The notes beneath the pieces are model-generated. The model was not told the origin of the DNA. It was given only the letters and a program-made list of their open reading frames with translations, and did no database searches. A stretch of 64,000 nucleotides of DNA from assembly GCA_012965045.1 (NCBI GenBank), contig DTSZ01000001.1:748024-812023 (forward strand), given 5' to 3'. Position 1 is the stretch's first letter. Every line of letters starts with the position of its first letter. A program made the position numbers and the translations under genes. Positions 41,806 through 51,370 of the stretch are shown piece after piece. Origin of the DNA: Candidatus Saccharimonadota bacterium (lineage in GTDB: Bacteria > Patescibacteriota > Saccharimonadia > Saccharimonadales > DTSZ01).

Positions 41806-43947
41806 ATGCATATATCAGAAATATATCTTCTTAATAACAATGTAGAAGCCAGCCAATGGTCTGTTTTGCATCAAGTTATTCTGCAAAATATTGGATGGTT
41901 ACGGGCATACGAGCTTTTACTGGTAAATGAAGAAAATAGAATTCGGTTTTTTGTATCAAGCAAGTATGACCTTAGCTCGATATCCAGCAATGTCCCAGGA
42001 TTTATATTGCGTCCGGTAACTTCAACCGATTTTAACCCACAAATCATCGGTAAGGTACGGTTTATTCGATTTGTAACCGGCGGGAACATTTTAGAATTGT
42101 CTGAGAAATATCAGATTAAAAAAGGACTAACTTTTAAAGCGATTCGTTTTAAGACACGAAAAATTCTACCTAACTTCAACTCCATTCAAACAAAACTATT
42201 CTTTAAAAATGCCGCCGACCAATCACTCGTAAACACAAAGCGAGTCCTGCAATTACCAACGCATCTACTAACGATTTCTTTTAAAGGCGATACAAAGTAC
42301 GTCAAAAAAGAACCGCCAAAATATCTTAATATTGAAAAAACTCAATATTTACTTAATCCGGACCCACTAAATGAAGTGTTTGAGGTCGAGGGGTTCCCGT
42401 ATCTATCACGCAAACATTATTTAAATATTGGAGCATTTGATTTTGATAAGCACTCGCTGATTGTTGGAGCTAGTGGTAGTGGTAAATCGAAGCTTATATC
42501 ACTACTTATTGATCGAATCCTCGCTACTGGTCAAGAAAATAACTATCGCATAGCTGTTGTAGACCCGCACGATTCGCTCAGGACAGAACTTGAACACATA
42601 CAACAAAAGCGTGTCTTTAACTTCGCCCAAGAATCGAGTGAGTTGTTCCCGCAAGTGCAAGACATTCAGGCAGCTACAGAACTGACTTCTCAGTTATTAA
42701 AGACGCTAATGGCCGACCAAGCAAACCCACGATTGGAACGAGTTTTACGGTTCAGCCTCTTCGCTTTATTTGCTAATAAAAAAATGAACTTCGATAACTT
42801 GAAACGGTTTTTAACAGATCTAGAATTTAGAACCCAGCTTATTAAAGAACCAAGCCTACCGCTCAACGTGCAGCAGTTTTTTATGACTGACTTTAACGAA
42901 ATTCGTACCCAAAACTACAACGAAGCCATTGTGCCGATAGTGTCATTGGTAGAAGAAGTGTCTTTTTTGCCGTCAATGGGTGGAAGTGAAGATAAAGAAT
43001 CGCTTGGCAAATCCATTACCAAACAGTTTTTGACAATCTTTTCACTTAAAAAATCATCGAGTGGTGAAAGATTAGTAAAAACAGTTGCTGGCACAATAAT
43101 TCAAAATATTTTTCTGCTGGCTCAAGCTGGGGAGTTTCGTCGCAAAGTAATTCTTATAATCGACGAAGTTTCAGTGGTGCAAAACCCAACTCTCGCTGCG
43201 ATTCTATCAGAGGCACGAAAGTTTAATGTTTCACTAATTCTAACGCAGCAGTATCTGAACCAGGTAGATAAAACCATCCTAGATGCAATTTCTTCAAATG
43301 TGCAGAACTACTATATATTTAGGGTTTCTGAAGAAGACGCAAAGGTTTTAGAGAAGAATATAGAGATGACAATTCCCGACCAGACACTCGAGGAAGCAAA
43401 AGCTAAAGGTATTAATGAATCAACGCTGCGAGCTCGCTATATGGTTGAGCAAGATGCGAGACAGGTAATAATTCGTCTGTCCGCTAATGGCCAAGTGCAC
43501 CCCGCAATTCAAGGTCGTACTGTAGATGCTAATTTCGGAAACGTGACACAAGCGCATTTGACGACGCCCCAACCCGTCATTGATCTTGATTCTACAAAGC
43601 AGCAATCTGCACCTGTATCAGCCCAGCAACCTGCTCGGTCTACTGCTAATCAGCAACCCAATGCAACAGAAGTCTCTCAGCCTGCATCGCAGTTCATGCT
43701 CAAAAAAATTGACCCCGCTAAATTAGAATCATCTAAAATTAATCCTGATGATCCGCACTCCATGGTAACAGGCAACACTCGTTTTGATGATCGGCAGATG
43801 GTAGACATGGAAGACTTTAATACGGACGTACCACCAGACCAAGCTGTAATAAATAAACCAGAAGATTTACCACCACCGTCAGCAGTGGAATTACTTCGAT
43901 ATTTTTCAACTAATAGCCAATTTGAAAGGGATGACAAAGATGAATGA
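41806..43947 (+). CDS. FtsK/HerA-superfamily P-loop ATPase (VirB4/VirD4/DUF87-like) with Gln/Pro-rich C-terminal tail
   Basis: 713 aa with no TM. Walker A LIVGASGSGKSKL; Walker B VILIIDEVS; ARKFNVSLILTQQYLNQ, typical of T4SS/HerA-type ATPases. TGcTACAGT at 41789-41797 lies 8 nt before the ATG. Confidence 0.6.
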   Translation: MHISEIYLLNNNVEASQWSVLHQVILQNIGWLRAYELLLVNEENRIRFFVSSKYDLSSISSNVPGFILRPVTSTDFNPQIIGKVRFIRFVTGGNILELSEKYQIKKGLTFKAIRFKTRKILPNFNSIQTKLFFKNAADQSLVNTKRVLQLPTHLLTISFKGDTKYVKKEPPKYLNIEKTQYLLNPDPLNEVFEVEGFPYLSRKHYLNIGAFDFDKHSLIVGASGSGKSKLISLLIDRILATGQENNYRIAVVDPHDSLRTELEHIQQKRVFNFAQESSELFPQVQDIQAATELTSQLLKTLMADQANPRLERVLRFSLFALFANKKMNFDNLKRFLTDLEFRTQLIKEPSLPLNVQQFFMTDFNEIRTQNYNEAIVPIVSLVEEVSFLPSMGGSEDKESLGKSITKQFLTIFSLKKSSSGERLVKTVAGTIIQNIFLLAQAGEFRRKVILIIDEVSVVQNPTLAAILSEARKFNVSLILTQQYLNQVDKTILDAISSNVQNYYIFRVSEEDAKVLEKNIEMTIPDQTLEEAKAKGINESTLRARYMVEQDARQVIIRLSANGQVHPAIQGRTVDANFGNVTQAHLTTPQPVIDLDSTKQQSAPVSAQQPARSTANQQPNATEVSQPASQFMLKKIDPAKLESSKINPDDPHSMVTGNTRFDDRQMVDMEDFNTDVPPDQAVINKPEDLPPPSAVELLRYFSTNSQFERDDKDE

Positions 43948-44644
43948 TCAAAAAGCAAAGCAAATTTTAGATAAAATAATTGCCGAAATTTTTGGGGTAG
44001 AAAACCCAATGAGTCTACATGATTTTCAGCAAAAGTACGCTTTTGATATCAATCTGCCTAAAGAAACCAACTCATCGGTGAGTGGTGAGCAGACATGGGC
44101 TGGCTCAATAAATCCTGCTCGTTTTATTACTCAAGAGGAGATGCGAGCTAAAACCAACGAAGCCGACTGGATGTATGAAAAGAAGCCACTTAGTAATATC
44201 GGAGATATCTTAGAGGCTTGGAATGAAGTTAACTTAACCCTAACCGAAAAACAAAACGATAGTATTAATATTGCGCGTTCTGACGCAGTTATTGGTAGCG
44301 AAAACGTGTGGTGGAGCCAATCAGTTATTAAGTCTAAAAACATCCTGCTGTCAGACGATGTCATTAACTGTGAATACGTAGCAGCGGGGCATAAAAGTAA
44401 TAATTCTACCTTTTGTGCACGGCTAGAAGACTCACAGCAATGTACGGCTAGCTTTAACATTACCTGGAGTGGGAAAATTGCCAAAAGTCTATTTTTGCAC
44501 GACTGCTATGACTGCTATGAGTGCATGTTTAGCAGCCATATAGCTGGTAAACGGTTTGTTATTGCTAACATGCAATTCGAAGAAGAAGAGTATTATAAGC
44601 TCAAAGAACAAGTTGTTCAGTGGTTGCTGGCCCCCGGCAGCTAA
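43940..44644 (+). CDS. hypothetical Cys-rich protein, translationally coupled to the ATPase
   Basis: ATG 43940 overlaps the ATPase stop (ATGAATGA); alternative starts at 43922/43931. C-terminal CEYV..FCARLEDSQQC..LHDCYDCYEC cluster suggests metal binding. Confidence 0.5.
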   Translation: MNDQKAKQILDKIIAEIFGVENPMSLHDFQQKYAFDINLPKETNSSVSGEQTWAGSINPARFITQEEMRAKTNEADWMYEKKPLSNIGDILEAWNEVNLTLTEKQNDSINIARSDAVIGSENVWWSQSVIKSKNILLSDDVINCEYVAAGHKSNNSTFCARLEDSQQCTASFNITWSGKIAKSLFLHDCYDCYECMFSSHIAGKRFVIANMQFEEEEYYKLKEQVVQWLLAPGS

Positions 44645-44746
44645 ACATAGCAAACAGAGCTGGGTTGATAGTTGTTTACTTAATGGACAAAATGTCAATA
44701 ATATGCTAATGTTTACATTAGTTACAGAAAATATAAAAACAAAAAA

Positions 44747-44992
44747 ATGGAAACACTACAGCCAGCACCGGCAGAAGCACAATCACACCTCGACACCGAG
44801 CCAATTATTGCTGCGCCAGAAGAAATTGAGATCGAATCTGGGCTAGCTCTTGTTTATAACCTAAATGGGGAGCACGTTGCGTTTGGATTAAACCCAGACG
44901 AACAGCCTGCTGGTAATCTGAGCAAATTTATGCGAATCCAATTATATAAACCAATACATTTGACAAATAACAAATCATGGGAGTATATTTGA
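44747..44992 (+). CDS. hypothetical small acidic protein
   Basis: 81-aa ORF; promoter/leader motif ATGCTAATGTTTA..TTAGT.ACA at 44703 is shared with 60307. Confidence 0.4.
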   Translation: METLQPAPAEAQSHLDTEPIIAAPEEIEIESGLALVYNLNGEHVAFGLNPDEQPAGNLSKFMRIQLYKPIHLTNNKSWEYI

Positions 44993-45122
44993 GATTAAGC
45001 GTTAGCTTACAAATTATGAAGTTTTTTAAAAACAAACATAAAGACCACTTGAAGCTTGAAAAAGCAGAGAGTACACTACAAATCAAATCAAGAGGACGGC
45101 CTGTGCGGGCCGATTTTTAATT

Positions 45123-45608
45123 ATGAGTGGATCTTTTTCTGCAGACATTATCAACCATGGGTTACCACGACCGCAGGTCGATGAGGCTTGGAGAAACTCG
45201 CCGCTTATGGGAATGATTACCTCAGAGCAGAGGAGAGCATTAGTGGGCGGTGATGAAGAAGCCTTCACATCAGTTGCTACGTTTGCTTTTCGGCACCTAG
45301 GTATGCCGGCGGTGTTCGGTGATTTTGTTAAACCCGATGACACCTTTACTGCTCGACGAGTTAAGAACGAGCTCCAACGCAGAGAAGTCGATCATACTAA
45401 GATCGGACCGAATGCTAAGCGGAATTTATTCAATGAATTGTATGGCCTTATTGAACGGTCTCTTGACCCTGTAGAAACAGACCAGTTTGTGCATGAATTA
45501 CAAGTCGCTTCAGAGGAAATGCAAGAATTGTCTAAAGTGATTGATAATAGAATTGCCCAAGAAGCTGGCTATTTGGCGGTCTTTGATTCAGTTCCTGTCG
45601 CTGAATAA
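45123..45608 (+). CDS. hypothetical protein
   Basis: 161-aa ORF; terminator-like AACGTCgattagaGGCGTTttttt at 45636-45659 lies downstream. Confidence 0.5.
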   Translation: MSGSFSADIINHGLPRPQVDEAWRNSPLMGMITSEQRRALVGGDEEAFTSVATFAFRHLGMPAVFGDFVKPDDTFTARRVKNELQRREVDHTKIGPNAKRNLFNELYGLIERSLDPVETDQFVHELQVASEEMQELSKVIDNRIAQEAGYLAVFDSVPVAE

Positions 45609-45682
45609 CTTGCTCTAAACAGAAACTCATACATGAACGTCGATTAGAGGCGTTTTTTTGTTGAGAAATAAACTAAAAATAC

Positions 45683-46780
45683 ATGCGCATGGCTCTTTCA
45701 AGTGCTAACATTACTAGTAAATACTTAAAGGGGGATATTCTTGTGCTTGATGACATTCAAAAAATTAATCAAATAGATTCTGAAGGTGCTTTGGGGGTTA
45801 ATGCCAAAGTCGCCGAACTTATTCGTTATTCGTTTAATGTCACGACTAACATTAGCGCTGATTCTGTAACTAACATTGTGGTCGGTGGTATGGGTGGGTC
45901 AAACCAACCAGCAATATTAGCAAAAAACTGGTTACAGTCCCGCCTGAGTTTACCTATAGAAATAGTCCCTGGTTACGACATTCCAGCTAGTGTTACAAAA
46001 AAGACGCTATTTATTGCTTCGAGCTACAGCGGCAATACCGAAGAATCATTATCTGCGCTGGAACAAGCAGAAGAAGCTGGAGCACAGATAGTTGTGATGA
46101 CAAGCGGTGGCAAGCTGGCAGATATTGCTGCAGAAAAAAATTACCCAGTATATATGCTTACAACTGGAATTCAGCCTCGTTATGCGCTCTTTAACGCCGT
46201 TTCTGCTATAACTCATCTGCTTGAGGATAGTGGTTTTGTTGAGGGAGCTGTGAGTGAGCTTGAAGCAGCTGGCGACAACGTACAAAAGGCGGTTGAAAAC
46301 TGGTTGCCAGAGGTAGAGACTGCAGATAATTTAGCTAAGCAAATTGCTCAAAAAGCGGTGGGAAATTCGGTAGTTATTTATGGCGGGCCACTACTTAAAT
46401 CTGCGGCCTATCGATGGAAGATCACAATAAATGAAAATGCCAAAAATGTCGCGTGGTACAACGAATGGCCTGAATTTAACCATAATGAATTTATTGGCTG
46501 GTCAGTCGCGCCAGAGAACAAGCCATATTTTGTGGTCGAGCTGCAGTCCAACCTTGAACACCCACGAGTTAATAAACGCTTTGAAATTAGCAATGATCTA
46601 CTAGCCGGCAACATGCCCACCCCATATATTGTTGATGTGGTCGGGGATACGCAAATAGAGCAGTTGCTATGGGCAATAAAGCTTGGTGATTTTGCCAGTC
46701 TGTACCTTGCTGTTTTAAATGGGGTAGACCCCAACCCAGTACATCTTGTCGAAGAGCTAAAAGTTCAGCTTAAAAAATAG
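45683..46780 (+). CDS. bifunctional phosphoglucose/phosphomannose isomerase (SIS-domain PGI/PMI family)
   Basis: 365 aa; VVGGMGGS, ASSYSGNTEESL, C-terminal PMI-type segment EWPEFNHNEFIGW. Confidence 0.75.
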   Translation: MRMALSSANITSKYLKGDILVLDDIQKINQIDSEGALGVNAKVAELIRYSFNVTTNISADSVTNIVVGGMGGSNQPAILAKNWLQSRLSLPIEIVPGYDIPASVTKKTLFIASSYSGNTEESLSALEQAEEAGAQIVVMTSGGKLADIAAEKNYPVYMLTTGIQPRYALFNAVSAITHLLEDSGFVEGAVSELEAAGDNVQKAVENWLPEVETADNLAKQIAQKAVGNSVVIYGGPLLKSAAYRWKITINENAKNVAWYNEWPEFNHNEFIGWSVAPENKPYFVVELQSNLEHPRVNKRFEISNDLLAGNMPTPYIVDVVGDTQIEQLLWAIKLGDFASLYLAVLNGVDPNPVHLVEELKVQLKK

Positions 46781-46788
46781 CTTAGTAA

Positions 46789-47523
46789 TTATTTAAATTC
46801 AAATTCGACAGACACCGTAAAGGTTACGTCTTGAGTGCCACTATAAAATCTTTGAGATGAGCTGGTAGAAGAATCGAGTGCTATTTCGGCGGTGGCGTAT
46901 GGATACATGTCAAAACCAGACACGTCTTTAAAGCTAACTACTTCACCTAAGCGACCATCTAGTTTTTCGGCTGATATTTGCGCTTGTTTTCGGGCGTCGT
47001 CAATTGCTTCTGCTCGAGCTTGGCTTTCCACGTCTTTACGTTTTTGTTCGCTTAGCTGACTATATGGGTCGATACCAGAGCTGACATCTGCATTGTTAAG
47101 CAGCACATTATAAACCTTGTCGGATTCATCTTGTGATTTAGCCGTAATGCTAAGACGGTAGTTGCCAACCCATCCGTCAGAATCTTGTTCATCGAATTTA
47201 TAGTTCTGGTATACATCAAGGCTTGAGTCGAGTTGCGATTCGTTAAGGCCAAGCGCAACGATAGAATCAGCCAAAGCTTGGCCTTTGGATTGTGCTTCGT
47301 CTTTGGCGTCTTGTTGAGTGGCGGCTTCAGTTTGAATTGTAGGGTAGAATAAAAATTCATCAGGCTCCACTTCGATAGTTGAGCTGCCCTCAAGGGTAAT
47401 TGTTTTGCCGCTGGTACTTGAGCCAAAAGGCGCCCATAACCCTATTAAAATACCAACTATAAGGCACAGAGCCCCTGTTAATAGTTGCGGAATATCTATG
47501 TTAAGCGTAAGTTGTTTTTTCAT
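46789..47523 (-). CDS. SIMPL/DUF541 domain protein (secreted or membrane-anchored)
   Basis: 244 aa; N-terminal TM; TITLEGSSTIEVEPDEFLFYPTIQTEAATQQDAKDEAQSKGQALADSIVALGL pattern of DUF541. Confidence 0.65.
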   Translation of the reverse strand: MKKQLTLNIDIPQLLTGALCLIVGILIGLWAPFGSSTSGKTITLEGSSTIEVEPDEFLFYPTIQTEAATQQDAKDEAQSKGQALADSIVALGLNESQLDSSLDVYQNYKFDEQDSDGWVGNYRLSITAKSQDESDKVYNVLLNNADVSSGIDPYSQLSEQKRKDVESQARAEAIDDARKQAQISAEKLDGRLGEVVSFKDVSGFDMYPYATAEIALDSSTSSSQRFYSGTQDVTFTVSVEFEFK

Positions 47524-47574
47524 ACTACCAGTATAGCAAAACGTTAATGCTTACTTAGTGTAGTCGCGCAACGG

Positions 47575-47787
47575 CTAATCGCTATTAATCGGAATTTCGT
47601 TGCCTGTTAGTTCTGCTTCTTGAAGCAAGGCATCCACAACAGCTACACCTTTGGCTTGGTCTTTTTGCCTAGCAGCCTCAGCTCGTGCCACATAGCCAGT
47701 CTCGTTACCCGGGGTTTCTTCAATCAAAGTTCGTTGTCTATCAGCAGCCTTTTGCTCGCCAGCTTCACTTAGTACTATTGTTTCCAT
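47575..47787 (-). CDS. hypothetical small protein
   Basis: ATG (complement 47785-47787) lies 5 nt after GAGGGAG; 70 aa, charged. Confidence 0.45.
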   Translation of the reverse strand: METIVLSEAGEQKAADRQRTLIEETPGNETGYVARAEAARQKDQAKGVAVVDALLQEAELTGNEIPINSD

Positions 47788-47848
47788 GAACACTCCCTCA
47801 ACTAAAGTTAGATGTTAATAGTAAACAAATTTATATAAAAATCAAAAA

Positions 47849-49075
47849 TTATTCGTATCGCAACGAAGTAATGGGGTCTTTTTTAGCAGCCTGCCAGGCC
47901 GGCCAAATTCCAGCAACAACTCCAACAACAGCCGAAACGCTGGTAGCTAGGAATATAGTATTCAAACTAAATGAGCCATTTATATCTGTAGCAATGGTTA
48001 GTCCAGCTACAATTGCGTATGCAAGCCCAACTCCGATTAGGCCACCAATAATACTTAAAATAATAGACTCGATTAAGAACTGGCTTAGTACCTGCCAGTT
48101 ATTTGCGCCAATTGCTTTACGCAAACCAATTTCCCGTGTTCGCTCGGTAACAGACACCAACATAATGTTCATTATGCCAATTCCGCCCACGAACAATGAA
48201 ATACCGGCAATGGAAGCAACGAAAGTAGTAACTAAGCCAAAAATAGTGTCGGTTACGCTAATAAAGTCTTCTTGTTTTAGAATTGTAAAATCCTCTTCGC
48301 CACCATGGTTTGCAATAAGTGCATTTTTAATTTCTTCAATAACTGGGTTAATATCTTCAACTTCGTCATTTATTTTAGCGTCAATTTCTTGAATTTGAGC
48401 TACGTCTTGGTTAAAGGTTTTACCTAGTTCTAATGGAATTAAAACAGCTCTGTTTAAGTCTGGCCCGAAGTTTGCGCCAACGTTAAATTCTTCCATGACA
48501 CCAGTTACAACAAAACCTTCGCCACGGATTCTTAATACACCGCCAATACCACGACCGCCATACAATTCATCTGCTAAGGCTGAGCCAATGACTACTCGTT
48601 TTTTGTCTTCGTTTGGAGCAAAGAACTCACCCTCCACAACCTCTTGATTAAAAGCGTCCGGGTAGTCTGAGTTAGTAGCAATTATTTGCGTACCATTGAC
48701 GCGTTCGTCCTCTGGGCCACTAGTGACTACGCCACTAATTTGCATGAGTGCCGCTGCCGCATCGACGTTAGGATTCTCTTTAATAGTTTGTAGGTCTTGT
48801 TCGCTTAGTGTTGTAGCACCAAAAGCGGCAGTCAAGTCAAAGTTTTCAATATTGCCTTCTTCGTCGCGTGTAATTGAAAGTCCTGGTGTAACGCTTATTA
48901 AGTTAGCACCCAAGTCATTTATTTCTGACCTAACTTCGGCCTTAACGCCTTCGCCAATAGAAATAACGGTAGTTACAGAAGTAACACCGATTATTATGCC
49001 AAGCATAGTTAAGGTAGAGCGTAGCTTGTTTCCGCGTAGTGTTTTAAGTGCCAGTTTAATATTTTCAATAATCAT
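47849..49075 (-). CDS. ABC transporter permease, MacB/FtsX family
   Basis: 408 aa; N-terminal TM, large extracytoplasmic domain, C-terminal FtsX-type three-TM bundle with REIGLRKAIGA. Confidence 0.85.
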   Translation of the reverse strand: MIIENIKLALKTLRGNKLRSTLTMLGIIIGVTSVTTVISIGEGVKAEVRSEINDLGANLISVTPGLSITRDEEGNIENFDLTAAFGATTLSEQDLQTIKENPNVDAAAALMQISGVVTSGPEDERVNGTQIIATNSDYPDAFNQEVVEGEFFAPNEDKKRVVIGSALADELYGGRGIGGVLRIRGEGFVVTGVMEEFNVGANFGPDLNRAVLIPLELGKTFNQDVAQIQEIDAKINDEVEDINPVIEEIKNALIANHGGEEDFTILKQEDFISVTDTIFGLVTTFVASIAGISLFVGGIGIMNIMLVSVTERTREIGLRKAIGANNWQVLSQFLIESIILSIIGGLIGVGLAYAIVAGLTIATDINGSFSLNTIFLATSVSAVVGVVAGIWPAWQAAKKDPITSLRYE

Positions 49076-49106
49076 AGAAAAACTCCGTATTCAGTAGCTG
49101 GTAGTT

Positions 49107-49928
49107 TCATTTTTTACTACCTTTCTTGCTTTTGCTAGCTTTTGTTTTTTTGGAGTTCTTCTTAGAGTCGGCTTTTTTCTTTTTTGGTTCTTCCTTTTTA
49201 GATTCCTCGTTGTCCGCCTCTTCTGATATATCTTCTGCTTCTTCCTTAGCTGGTGCTGACTCTACAACTTTACCGTCTTCGAGTTGGATTATTCTGTGGG
49301 CTTGGTCGGCCACAACTTTGTCGTGAGTTACCATTATGATTGTATTGCCGTCGTCATTTAACTTCTTTAGAAGCTCCATAATGTGCTTGCCAGATTCGCT
49401 GTCTAGATTACCGGTCGGCTCGTCGGCTAAAATTATCGAAGGATTATTGGCAAGCGACCGAGCAATAGCAACGCGCTGCATTTGACCGCCAGACAATTCG
49501 TTCGGCATATGGTGCAAGCGGTCTTCTAAGCCGACACTTTCCAGCAAGTCTGCAGCATGATGCAAGCGGTCAATACCTTTTAGTCGCTTGGTGTAGACCA
49601 TTGGTAGAGCGACGTTTTCTAGGGCTGAGTGGCGTTGAAGCAAATTAAAACTTTGAAAAATAAAACCTATTTTGTCGCGGCGAATCTTAGCCAGTGTTTT
49701 GTCTTTTAGTGACGACACGTCTTTATTTTGCAATTTATACACACCATCAGTTGGCCGATCCAATAGACCAATTATATTCATTAGTGTTGATTTACCAGAG
49801 CCACTAGGCCCCATAATCGCCACTAGCTCACCCTTATTTATCTCTAGTGACACATTGTCGAGCGCTGTTGTTGCGGCATCACCGCTACCGTATGTCTTAG
49901 AGATACCTGCAATAGATATCAAACTCAT
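49107..49928 (-). CDS. ABC transporter ATP-binding protein (MacB/LolD-type) with poly-Lys C-terminal tail
   Basis: Walker A GPSGSGKST, signature LSGGQMQRVAIAR, Walker B IILADEPTGNLD. Tail KKEEPKKKKADSKKNSKKTKASKSKKGSKK. Start ATG 49928 lies 6 nt after TATAGT (leaderless) rather than at track start 49964. Confidence 0.85.
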   Translation of the reverse strand: MSLISIAGISKTYGSGDAATTALDNVSLEINKGELVAIMGPSGSGKSTLMNIIGLLDRPTDGVYKLQNKDVSSLKDKTLAKIRRDKIGFIFQSFNLLQRHSALENVALPMVYTKRLKGIDRLHHAADLLESVGLEDRLHHMPNELSGGQMQRVAIARSLANNPSIILADEPTGNLDSESGKHIMELLKKLNDDGNTIIMVTHDKVVADQAHRIIQLEDGKVVESAPAKEEAEDISEEADNEESKKEEPKKKKADSKKNSKKTKASKSKKGSKK

Positions 49929-50050
49929 ATCTGTACTATAACTGTTGATATATAGTTTGCACAACTACTGTAAATTAGTGTTTACGATAATTTAACAAAA
50001 TTCTGTTAGTATATTTAAGTATTTACTTAATAATTAACGGAGTAAAATTT

Positions 50051-50614
50051 ATGAAATTACTTATAGTTTTGGGTTCAGCAAGAGAAGAACGCTTTGGTAT
50101 TACGGTTGCAAACTGGTATTTACGGCAGGCTAAGGCAGCGAACGTTTTTGGCGAAGTAGAACTAGCAGATCTAGCAACAATAGACTTGCCGTTTACCATG
50201 GAGCCAAACTCGCCTTCTGGGAGAAAAGGCCAATATGAATATGAATACACAAAAAACTGGTCAAAAATTGTAGATTCCGCCGATGCCTATGTTTTTTTAA
50301 CTCCAGAATACAATCATAGTTACAGTGCAGTTTTAAAAAATGCCCTCGATCATATTTATGATGAGTGGAACCACAAGCCCGCGGGCTTAGTTAGCTGGGG
50401 CGGAGTCGGGGGAGCTCGAGCGATTTCAAAACTAGCTGGCGAGATGCGAAATTACGAGATTGTTCCAGTTAAGAGCGATGTCAGAATAGTGACTCGCGCA
50501 GGAGACGTAAACGAATCTGGCGAAATTGAAAGTGAATCGGCTGATCGAGCAGTAGTGCGTCAGCTAGAGCTCTTACTAAAATACGCGGAAGCTTTGAAGC
50601 AAATAAGAAGCTAA
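50051..50614 (+). CDS. NAD(P)H-dependent FMN reductase family oxidoreductase
   Basis: 187 aa; MKLLIVLGSAREERFG, FLTPEYNHSYSAVLKNALD. Confidence 0.8.
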   Translation: MKLLIVLGSAREERFGITVANWYLRQAKAANVFGEVELADLATIDLPFTMEPNSPSGRKGQYEYEYTKNWSKIVDSADAYVFLTPEYNHSYSAVLKNALDHIYDEWNHKPAGLVSWGGVGGARAISKLAGEMRNYEIVPVKSDVRIVTRAGDVNESGEIESESADRAVVRQLELLLKYAEALKQIRS

Positions 50615-50944
50615 CTAAATTAGATAAAAAACTATAATTACAAGTAAGAAGTAAAGTACAACCAACGACCTAACGGTCCTTCTTGAGACGTTAATGTCCG
50701 CAAATTTCTTTGTGTAAAATTGTATAAAGCTTCTACCGCCCATTTCCGGTCGCCATTTTTGTTCAAGCTGTTGCGGTAAACATCCTTTAAAAATGACCCA
50801 CGAAACTATAGTTACAGCTATAAGTACGGTAGTAAGAGTTTTGGCCAGCTCGTAGAAAATACCCATAGGTAAGCCAAAAACAATAAGCAGAATCCATAGC
50901 AGATGAAACAACGCAGCCATATTTGCTTTAACTCTGTTCGACAT
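50615..50944 (-). CDS. DUF2784-like small membrane protein
   Basis: 109 aa with three or four TM helices; HLLWILLIVFGLP...GCLPQQLEQKWR resembles the DUF2784 pattern. Confidence 0.45.
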   Translation of the reverse strand: MSNRVKANMAALFHLLWILLIVFGLPMGIFYELAKTLTTVLIAVTIVSWVIFKGCLPQQLEQKWRPEMGGRSFIQFYTKKFADINVSRRTVRSLVVLYFLLVIIVFYLI

Positions 50945-50960
50945 AATAATTCCTAGTTAC

Positions 50961-51050
50961 TGGCGGAGAGAGGGGGATTCGAACCCCCGAGACCCGATTG
51001 GGTCTACTACCTTTCCAAGGTAGCGCACTAAGCCGCTATGCGATCTCTCC
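50961..51050 (-). tRNA. tRNA-Ser (anticodon GGA)
   Basis: The reverse complement reads GGAGAGA..ctaccTTGGAAAggtag..long variable arm..GGGGGTTCGAATCCCCC..TCTCTCCGCCA. Confidence 0.93.
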
Positions 51051-51370
51051 GTTTGTAAATTCGTCGAAGCGTGGTCACGTTCCGCGACCCCATAATTTCT
51101 GCCAAGCTAACAAGTTAGCTGGTGAAAGTTCTCTTGCAAAATGCTACTAGCATTTCTCACCTTCAGCCTCTCGCCTGCTTGACGGTAGGTAAGGACATCA
51201 CTCCTAGCAGGTACTAGAGAGCCATAAACTCTCTGCTTAGAAGAGTATACGATTTATATTCTTTTCTAAAAAGAGAGTGTTAGGCGGACGGAAAGTCGAA
51301 GAGTAGAGGTGAGTGCGGGTGCACTAACACATACATCTTCGAGCTCCGCCCGCGGTTGAACTAGATCAGG

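Noticed and set aside
51283-51350. GGAAAGTC string suggesting RNase P RNA (conserved GAGGAAAGTCCGGGC)
   Set aside because: The match is limited to 8 nt and none of the other universally conserved RNase P blocks is present. The string forms one arm of a long hairpin best explained as the terminator of the GC-rich ORF.
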